Translations under genes and position numbers: made by a program
Shown: piece after piece, positions 57,688 through 64,000 of the stretch
Layout: the number at the start of each line of letters is the position of its first letter
How positions within the stretch are numbered: position 1 is the stretch's first letter
The notes under the pieces: model-generated
What the model saw: the letters and a program-made list of their open reading frames with translations, nothing else
What the model was told of the DNA's origin: nothing
The model's database searches: none
NCBI GenBank assembly: GCA_002441305.1
Contig: DJVT01000009.1
Span: 345,210 to 409,209, forward strand
DNA: 64,000 bases
Source: Candidatus Omnitrophica bacterium UBA6249
Lineage (GTDB): Bacteria; Omnitrophota; Gorgyraeia; Gygaellales; Profunditerraquicolaceae
Reading direction: 5' to 3'

Positions 57688-57790
57688 TCACTGACAGACC
57701 GCGCCTCGCCCGACCCTCGGCAAACCCCCGTGGTAAGGACCCATTGTTTAAAAGATGCCGGAGTTACATGTAGTCGCAAGACTACACTCC
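57688..57790. repeat. Conserved GC-rich motif copy 3 plus adjacent hairpin
   Basis: TCACTGACAGACCGCGCCTCGCCCGACCCTCGG..GTAAGGACCC (57688-57742). A hairpin GGAGT..GTAGTC-GCAA-GACTAC-ACTCC follows at 57760-57790. Confidence 0.8.
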
Positions 57791-57899
57791 TGCCCTCAGG
57801 CGACGGAAAACGCGCGTCCACCCAGAATCCCGGTTTCCATTTCTTCTTTTTCTTTTTTCTATACCAGTTGTAGTAATACATTTCTTATTCTCCCTTTCC

Positions 57900-58035
57900 G
57901 TCATGCGCCGAATGACAGAAATGACAACTTTTCCCACACTTATTTATTTTTTCTTTCCTGCTTTCATCCCCTTCCACTCCTCCATCCCTAAACACAATTA
58001 ATGAATATTCCTGTCATTCTTGTCATAGTTGTCAT
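57900..58035. repeat. Inverted iteron clusters flanking an AT-rich spacer at the primase 2 stop (origin candidate)
   Basis: ATGACA occurs at 57912 and 57921. The inverted word TGTCAT occurs at 58012, 58021 and 58030. All recur at a 9-bp period and are separated by about 85 bp of T-rich DNA. Confidence 0.5.
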
Positions 58036-60176
58036 TAATAAGGCCGTCCGGAAATATCCACTTCACCCTCTCTGCGAAGCCGAATGCCTTTCCACGTCCT
58101 CGCGGAACTACACCTTCCTTTATTAACCGAATCATATTGCCGGATTAATTCACGGCCGAAAGTGATCTTGCTAAGCGGCCGATACCCGCTATCCAGACAC
58201 CAGTTGTTATATGCCTGATACAGATCATCCTTGCTGATATCATCATGCGCATCGAGAACACACATCTCCTCGACAAAGATGATCACGTTATTGTTCTCCT
58301 TGCGATACTCATCTTTTACGTTAAGCATTGAGGCGCTTTCCTCAAAATATCCACGATCCCTTAACCTCTTCAGTCCGTTAAGCGCCCACAAGAAAATGCC
58401 ATCAAGCTCACTTGAAGCGATCTTGTATTTAAGTTTATGATCACGTTCTTCTTTATTGAATTGACGGTTAAAAGGCAGGATTAAAAGACGGCGGTAATAC
58501 CCTTCGCTCTTATCACCCACGCGCGGCATATTGTTTGTCGAAAATAGAAGCTTGCAGTAAGGCTTAAACTGAAAAGGCTGTCCATACTTCTCATCAGCCG
58601 AAATCGTATCGCCGGTAACGATGGCCTTGAACATATTGTCATAGACATTCGTCTTAGCATTGGTCTCAAGGCTGATATTGACCAGCTTGTCCCGAAGCCG
58701 GGCGATATAGTGCGAATCATTAAACTTCTCAAGCGCGATCGATGAACAATTTTCTTTGCCGATAAGCTCCTCAAGCACATACAAAACAACACTCTTGCCG
58801 TTCGCTCCCTCGCCAAATAAAAAGAGTGCCTTCTCATAATCATTTTCCCGCGTCAGGCAATACCCGAAAAATTCCTGCAGTAACTCAATACGCTCCGCGT
58901 CATTTTCAAATATCTGATCCAGACTCTTTTTCCATACCGGACAGTCGGCATCATCCTGATACGTCACATTAAGCTGATTAATGGAATACACATCCGCTGA
59001 ATGCGGAACAAGCCGCATATTATCAATGTCATAAAGCCCGTTTTTGACATTCAGAAAAGAAACACCATTAATAATGTCCGGCTTAATAAATGTCTCGGTC
59101 TTTAACGCCACAAGCACATTGCGAAGCCTGCTTGCCGAAAACATCGCCCCGCAAACATCCTTGATCCATTTCTGCACCTCTTCGATAAAAAGCGACCGGT
59201 AACAACCGCTTTGGTATTCATAATATGTATCCGCGAAATTAATCAGCCTGTGCTTCTCAAGAATGGCGTCCGCCACTTCATTGGAGTTTATCTTCTTAGG
59301 TGTATATTCTGATGAATTGCCCGCGCTGTAAACATCACGGCAACCGGCAATAGCTTTAGCGATAGTATCCGCACCGTACGTCCTGCCGTCACTGAAATGC
59401 GCTTCATCCCATTTCGGCCGCATAAGACCCGATGAACGAAACACAAGATCCATAAGCCCGGCATCTTTACCTGTCCAGAACGCCAGCTTATTGCAAAGCG
59501 CCAGATCCGCTTCACTTTGCGAAGGATAATCCGCATGCCAATTCCCTTCATACAGCCGGAAAAACGCGTCCTTATCTTTACTTCTCTTGACCCTGTTCAA
59601 AATCGTCTTAACGCTCTTGCCCTGTTTCTCTGTTCCCTGAACCTCCGCGAAAACCCGATTCAATTCATCCTTACGAGTCTCAATGGAGCTCTTGCCCGCA
59701 ATAATCCGTCCGGTGATCGTAAAAAACCGGTTTTTCGAATACATCTCAACATTACAAGAGCTGAACTTGCGTTCACGCGCGATCTCACCCTTACAGATAA
59801 TATGTGCGCCCTTGCCGCCGGGAGAATATTCCGTATAACTGTTTAATGTGGAAATAATCGTTCGGGCGAGTGATGACATACCGTCGTCAGTCATGCAACT
59901 GTCTATATCAATCCCGACATACGGCGAAGTGATGGCAAACCCTATCGCGTCCAAATTAAGCGCCTCAACTCGCTCCAATAACTCATCAAACGAACACCAT
60001 GTGCTTGAATCATTACACTTGGCAGGCCCGCCGGTTTTGATATTTATAGGAACTTTCTTCGGCTTTTTCCTGGGTTGAGGCAGAAATTTAAATCCAACCC
60101 AGATAGAAAGGTCTTTTAACTCTTGAGGGATATTATCAATATCCCACCTTTTCTCTTTTCTTCTCTCTTCGTTCAT
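58035..60176 (-). CDS. Prim-Pol (AEP) primase fused to a P4/D5-type SF3 helicase
   Basis: The N-terminal half is homologous to primase 1 (VGIDIDSC, SPGGKGAHII, YPSQSEADLALCNKLAFWTGKDAG...). The C-terminal half is of the P4-family type, with FLFGEGANGKS. I place the start at MNEERRKEKRW (60176), 4 nt after the upstream stop. Confidence 0.8.
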   Translation of the reverse strand: MNEERRKEKRWDIDNIPQELKDLSIWVGFKFLPQPRKKPKKVPINIKTGGPAKCNDSSTWCSFDELLERVEALNLDAIGFAITSPYVGIDIDSCMTDDGMSSLARTIISTLNSYTEYSPGGKGAHIICKGEIARERKFSSCNVEMYSKNRFFTITGRIIAGKSSIETRKDELNRVFAEVQGTEKQGKSVKTILNRVKRSKDKDAFFRLYEGNWHADYPSQSEADLALCNKLAFWTGKDAGLMDLVFRSSGLMRPKWDEAHFSDGRTYGADTIAKAIAGCRDVYSAGNSSEYTPKKINSNEVADAILEKHRLINFADTYYEYQSGCYRSLFIEEVQKWIKDVCGAMFSASRLRNVLVALKTETFIKPDIINGVSFLNVKNGLYDIDNMRLVPHSADVYSINQLNVTYQDDADCPVWKKSLDQIFENDAERIELLQEFFGYCLTRENDYEKALFLFGEGANGKSVVLYVLEELIGKENCSSIALEKFNDSHYIARLRDKLVNISLETNAKTNVYDNMFKAIVTGDTISADEKYGQPFQFKPYCKLLFSTNNMPRVGDKSEGYYRRLLILPFNRQFNKEERDHKLKYKIASSELDGIFLWALNGLKRLRDRGYFEESASMLNVKDEYRKENNNVIIFVEEMCVLDAHDDISKDDLYQAYNNWCLDSGYRPLSKITFGRELIRQYDSVNKGRCSSARTWKGIRLRREGEVDISGRPY

Positions 60177-60180
60177 TTCT

Positions 60181-60411
60181 CTACACTCCGTTTTGAAATA
60201 AAAAGTCTTTAACTTTGCGGTAGCACTGAAAAAGTTCTTCTTCTTTAGAATTATTAAAAAACTTATCCGCGAGCTTCTTCGCCTTCTCGCAATCCTCGAA
60301 TAGAACACGCTTTTGACGGCCGTAACCCGAAAGCGCCTTCATCACACAACCCTTCTGAACTAAATACGCGGCCAGATATATGTTTCCCGCTTCAAAATAC
60401 TTCTCTTCCAT
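60181..60411 (-). CDS. Small protein upstream of primase 2 (possibly DUF5659-like)
   Basis: 76 aa reading MEEKYFEAGNIYLAAYLVQKGCVM.... It occupies the slot held by the AlpA-like gene in element 1 but is not homologous to it. Confidence 0.4.
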   Translation of the reverse strand: MEEKYFEAGNIYLAAYLVQKGCVMKALSGYGRQKRVLFEDCEKAKKLADKFFNNSKEEELFQCYRKVKDFLFQNGV

Positions 60412-60544
60412 TGTTCTCTACTCCCCACTATAGGTATTACGTTTTTGGCTTCAGAATTTCGCTTCTATTTTGAGTTTATCAGAAGAAAAAATGAGCCTTC
60501 CCGGTTTTACCCAAGATTGCCCAATTTTTATCAAAGACTAAGCA

Positions 60545-60583
60545 TAAAAAAATGGAGACAGCCCAATGAAGGACCATCTCCAT
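60545..60583 (-). terminator. Rho-independent terminator after the 204-aa gene
   Basis: The minus strand has the stem ATGGAGA / TCTCCAT followed by TTTTTTTA. It is positionally equivalent to 42461-42488. Confidence 0.6.
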
Positions 60584-60632
60584 AAAAGAAATTATTCAGA
60601 TTTTTTTGCTATTTAGGAATAAAAGGAATCAA

Positions 60633-61244
60633 TCAGAAGGAAGAATCTTTGTCATCCGAAGCGGGAAGTTCTTCGCAGGCGATCTGCCATTTAGTGCCGA
60701 CTTGGCGGGCTAGGATCTGGTTATTCTTAAGCCAGCTCTGCATGGTTTTGCGGCTTATATTGAAAACTTCAGCCCAATGAGTTATTGAGTGAGGATTTGA
60801 CCACCCGCTTCGAGGAATCAATTTTGGTCTGGTCTTAAACTCCGAAGATAATATTCTATTCCTTGCCCCCATAATACGGTGCATCATATCAATGTCCATA
60901 TCTCTCGTCTTTTCACACCACTCGTTATAACCGCCGGGAACCCACGATGGGAACTCGGGTATAACCGGCGTCTCATTAGGCCCGAATAAAAACTCCAAAA
61001 TAGGTATAGCCGCCTGATTAGCTTCCTGATGAATCTTTGCTAAATCAGGCTGTTTTACTTTATGCTTCTTGAGTGTTTTCTCAAACTTATTAAACACATC
61101 ATCTTTTGTCAGCCAATCATAGTGATCGGTCGATGAAAGTCCAAGGCGGTCAATAGCCAGCACCCACTCACTGGCGGCTTTTTGGTATGCCATCCACTTC
61201 TTGGCAAATTCCGACACACAATCAAGTTTACTTTTCATTTTCAT
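60633..61244 (-). CDS. Conserved 204-aa element protein with C-terminal excisionase-type HTH (element 2 copy)
   Basis: It aligns end to end with 42523-43134. I chose the start MKMKSKLD (61244) by homology instead of the 240-aa ORF-track start. It overlaps the stop of the giant ORF by 17 nt. Confidence 0.7.
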   Translation of the reverse strand: MKMKSKLDCVSEFAKKWMAYQKAASEWVLAIDRLGLSSTDHYDWLTKDDVFNKFEKTLKKHKVKQPDLAKIHQEANQAAIPILEFLFGPNETPVIPEFPSWVPGGYNEWCEKTRDMDIDMMHRIMGARNRILSSEFKTRPKLIPRSGWSNPHSITHWAEVFNISRKTMQSWLKNNQILARQVGTKWQIACEELPASDDKDSSF

Positions 61245-64000
61245 TATGAAATTCTTCCCATACAGGCTTGAGGAAATGAACCCCGCGCCTTCCATATGTC
61301 GAACAAATAAAATCAGCGTCCTTTGCGTCACCTTTAGTAAATATTCTTCGAACAATTAGCTCTACATCTTCTTGTCTAAACGTAGGCGTCATATTTTCTA
61401 AGATTTTTTTAAAAATACGTCCTATGCGTAGAACACTTTCATCATCATCGTATTGCGCCAAGTATTCAATAAAAAAAGTAGATCTATGCTGTCGATCGAC
61501 ATGAGGCGCGCTCAAAAGCAGCCATTTTTCTTCTTCTTCACCAATTCTATCTAAAATAATTGTCAATTCTGCCATCCTGCCAAGAAAATCCTCATATTCG
61601 TCCTTAAGGTTATCTTTTACAATATCTGGGTTATTAAACGTCCAGCGCCAGAATTCCAAGATTTTATTCTTATGATCTTCCGGAAGTTCTTCTTTTGAAT
61701 CCTTATCTGCATCTTTTTTACGTTTAGTCCGTCCAGTAATAGACCAAAAAAATCCGGCTATTTCCATCCAGCGATCAGGTTTACCTAGTTTTCCAGCATC
61801 CATTAAAACCTTCCAAAACAAACTCTCATCTCCGTCATCATTCTTTTCGCTTAGAGATTCTCCCAAGTTTAAATAGCCTACACAAATATGCTCAACAAGC
61901 CGTTTATCGACACGATCATCAAACACATTACAAGATATGCCTTTTTTATAATTTTCTCTCATGAGATCATATAAATCCTTATAGACCCGCGCACCTGTTA
62001 AATAACCCTCCATGAACATTTGCCATTGAAAATCAAAAACAGTTTGCTTGGAAAAATAATTTATCTTTGCCTTTGCGTAATCAGCATCTAAATAATTAAT
62101 TTGAGGCAAATAAGACCCCATCCAAATATAGCCGTCTATACCTATGGGCAGAAAACGTTCAAATTTATCATTACCCCAGTTTTCCTGCTTTTTCTGGGTA
62201 GCCCTTGCCACCCTCAAGGAAAATGAAAGATAATTCATAACTGTTCTTCCAAGCGTAGTATTTAATACATACGTCAATGCGTCACGTTGCGTATCCGGCT
62301 GAGCCTCACCTTTTAGAAACGGTATTATCAGATCAAAAACTTTCTCAGCTTGATCAAAATATTTAGCATCAAAGGCACGTTTATCATCCTTAGAGCCATC
62401 TGCAATCAAGTCTGATAGGCTCTCGATAATCCATAAATAACGACCTTTACCGCTATCCTCTCCTTGAGCAGAAAGGGCTTCTTTAATAATTAACTCTTTT
62501 CCCCTGCTTAAATAAGTAATACAAAAAGCAAAATATTTCTCCCAAGCTATATCTTTCCCCTCATTCCAAGCGTCTTTGATTCCCCGAATGATTCTGTGTA
62601 AGTAAAAATAATCTATGTCGATACATTGTTGCAAAGCATCCATAAATTTATCAGGTTCATCTTTTACCGTAGACTGCAAAACATCAGCTAATCCTTCTTT
62701 ATCCGGCTCTCCTTCAAATGTCCCATGCCAAAAATCGGCCCCTTTGAATTCATTCAAATACTTAATAATTTCAGCAACGGGCATCTTCAATATTTCTTCT
62801 TTTGAAAGGGGAGATTTATGTGTTACAAAGCCACCCTTAAATGTCGAACGCTCAGGCATATAATCTTTCCCATCCTTCGGGGCGGCCTTATCTTTAGCTT
62901 CTTCATACAAGGAAACAAAGTCTTCATTATCCTTGAGGGGAGAAAGCCATTTAAATTTCCAGTAAAAGGTAAGTTTTTCTCCCTCTTTTAAGTAATATTC
63001 AGGAACGGCATTAATAAAGACCTTTATCCTGCTCTTGATTTCATCATCAAATTCTGAATTATGATGAAGTAGAACATCATATAATTCGACTTCCAGATCA
63101 GACTCCTCTAAAACATTTGGTATCAGTTCGAATAGTTTCTTTAAAAGATGATGACAATCTTCCCAATACATATCAACACATAGAAGAATAAACCTTTCAA
63201 ATATAGGAAAATCGTATTTAGGCTCCAGAAATAATTCCAGAATCTCCTTTGCCTCTGCAATATCATTTTCACATTTAGATAGCAAAATCTTCTTGAAGAT
63301 AGTCGTTAAAACTTCTTCTGCGCTACTGGCGTGATCGCTTACGCCATTAGCCAAAGAACGACACCATATATGCGAATAATCAGAAAATAGACCTTCATAA
63401 ATCCCCTCAATCTTTTTAATGAATTTTGCATCTTTTTCCCAATCTACCCCATCAGGTAGGTTTTCCTTAATTCTGTCAAACATCTCTTTCTTATCAGATG
63501 ACTCAAGCTCAAAGCTTTTTATTATGTCGTTTGGAGCTTCTTTATGAAGCGCCCAGAAATCAGCTTCCCGATTTGTCTTCTTTAATTGATCTTCGGTGTA
63601 TTTGCTTATTACACAAGAATAAAAATTGTCTTTAAATCCTAAGGGACGCGATTCATCTTCTATCCTTCCGACCCAAATTCTATAAACCTCGTTCTCTGAT
63701 ATTTCAATAGTGGCATAATAATTTTTCTGCTTAAATTGTAATGCTAACCTGAGCTGATCTGCTATCCCAAGTAAAACTTTAGAAGAACACTTCTTGCCAA
63801 TTTCATCACCATGTTTATTGAAAGCTTGGTTTATCCAGTAGGCATCCCACTCCATTCTCGCATCTTCTCGCTTGGTTATTCCCCGAACATTGCCCCCCGA
63901 TTTGATTTGCGTTATCGCATCTATAATAATATTTGCGTATTCGTAGTCAGGCCCGTAATCATCATTAAGAAATTTTGGCAATAATTTTTCGCCTATATCG
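61228..64000 (-). CDS. Large orphan protein of more than 917 aa, mostly alpha-helical. The reading frame is still open at the window edge.
   Basis: It is a long uninterrupted ORF in visibly AT-rich DNA. The track start at 63981 is a TTG, and the 19 nt upstream to position 64000 contain no in-frame stop. I found no Walker A or other recognisable catalytic motif in the visible part. Confidence 0.7.
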   Translation of the reverse strand, partial: DIGEKLLPKFLNDDYGPDYEYANIIIDAITQIKSGGNVRGITKREDARMEWDAYWINQAFNKHGDEIGKKCSSKVLLGIADQLRLALQFKQKNYYATIEISENEVYRIWVGRIEDESRPLGFKDNFYSCVISKYTEDQLKKTNREADFWALHKEAPNDIIKSFELESSDKKEMFDRIKENLPDGVDWEKDAKFIKKIEGIYEGLFSDYSHIWCRSLANGVSDHASSAEEVLTTIFKKILLSKCENDIAEAKEILELFLEPKYDFPIFERFILLCVDMYWEDCHHLLKKLFELIPNVLEESDLEVELYDVLLHHNSEFDDEIKSRIKVFINAVPEYYLKEGEKLTFYWKFKWLSPLKDNEDFVSLYEEAKDKAAPKDGKDYMPERSTFKGGFVTHKSPLSKEEILKMPVAEIIKYLNEFKGADFWHGTFEGEPDKEGLADVLQSTVKDEPDKFMDALQQCIDIDYFYLHRIIRGIKDAWNEGKDIAWEKYFAFCITYLSRGKELIIKEALSAQGEDSGKGRYLWIIESLSDLIADGSKDDKRAFDAKYFDQAEKVFDLIIPFLKGEAQPDTQRDALTYVLNTTLGRTVMNYLSFSLRVARATQKKQENWGNDKFERFLPIGIDGYIWMGSYLPQINYLDADYAKAKINYFSKQTVFDFQWQMFMEGYLTGARVYKDLYDLMRENYKKGISCNVFDDRVDKRLVEHICVGYLNLGESLSEKNDDGDESLFWKVLMDAGKLGKPDRWMEIAGFFWSITGRTKRKKDADKDSKEELPEDHKNKILEFWRWTFNNPDIVKDNLKDEYEDFLGRMAELTIILDRIGEEEEKWLLLSAPHVDRQHRSTFFIEYLAQYDDDESVLRIGRIFKKILENMTPTFRQEDVELIVRRIFTKGDAKDADFICSTYGRRGVHFLKPVWEEFHNENEK

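Larger units (their letters stand above)
54315..64000 (-). mobile_element. Integrative element 2 (partial; continues beyond the window)
   Basis: It has the same core gene order as element 1, starting with integrase 2 at the att core. Its distal boundary is not in the window. Confidence 0.7.

Noticed and set aside
57669-57991. ORFs 57669-57881, 57676-57873 and 57755-57991.
   Set aside because: They are mutually overlapping ORFs across motif copy 3 and a homopurine/homopyrimidine tract, which produces poly-K or poly-F runs. The region is better explained as noncoding regulatory or origin DNA.
60633-61355. The 240-aa version of the conserved HTH protein.
   Set aside because: The first 37 residues have no counterpart in the element 1 homolog and overlap the giant ORF by 128 nt. 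Homology supports the start at 61244.

Overview
The window comes from a Gram-negative-type bacterium (it encodes LptD). I cannot place the lineage from sequence alone. Every gene I accept is on the minus strand, and the plus-strand ORFs in the track look like antisense shadows. Positions 1-36250 are ordinary housekeeping DNA: ruvC (partial), yebC, RNase P RNA, rnhA, two tRNAs, a PAS/GGDEF/HD-GYP protein, rpoD-dnaG, a UDP-sugar cluster, lptD, transaldolase, glucokinase, two GGDEF proteins, accD, a CIRCE-controlled hrcA-grpE-dnaK-dnaJ operon, hflX, miaA and miaB. From about 36250 to the window end the DNA is accessory. Two related integrative elements sit in tandem in the 5' coding end of miaB. 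They are delimited by an identical 20-bp repeat (36258-36277 and 54295-54314), and each repeat lies inside the 3' end of a large serine recombinase gene. Both elements share one core gene order: serine integrase, Xis-like HTH, small ORF, variable gene, Prim-Pol/helicase, small HTH, and a conserved 203/204-aa HTH protein. This resembles phage satellites or integrative mobilizable elements. Their cargo differs. Element 1 (about 18 kb) carries a DpnI-like methyl-directed restriction enzyme, a LexA-like/DUF1016 nuclease operon, and a dense signalling and ion cluster. That cluster has Rnk, a PII-like protein, a pseudo-receiver, UPF0316, two paralogous 4-Cys mini-proteins, a dual-REC protein, a PhoU-like protein, a histidine kinase/response regulator pair and a NhaP2 antiporter. 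Element 2 (truncated by the window) carries a Nu1-like small-terminase candidate, a GIY-YIG gene framed by inverted repeats, and an orphan protein of more than 917 aa that is still open at the window edge. Noncoding signals worth follow-up are a conserved ~55-nt GC-rich motif plus hairpin in three co-oriented copies, short iteron-like word arrays next to the primase genes, and a ~35-bp palindromic repeat family confined to element 2. One copy pair of that repeat is translated in-frame inside the integrase. No rRNA genes or CRISPR arrays were seen.
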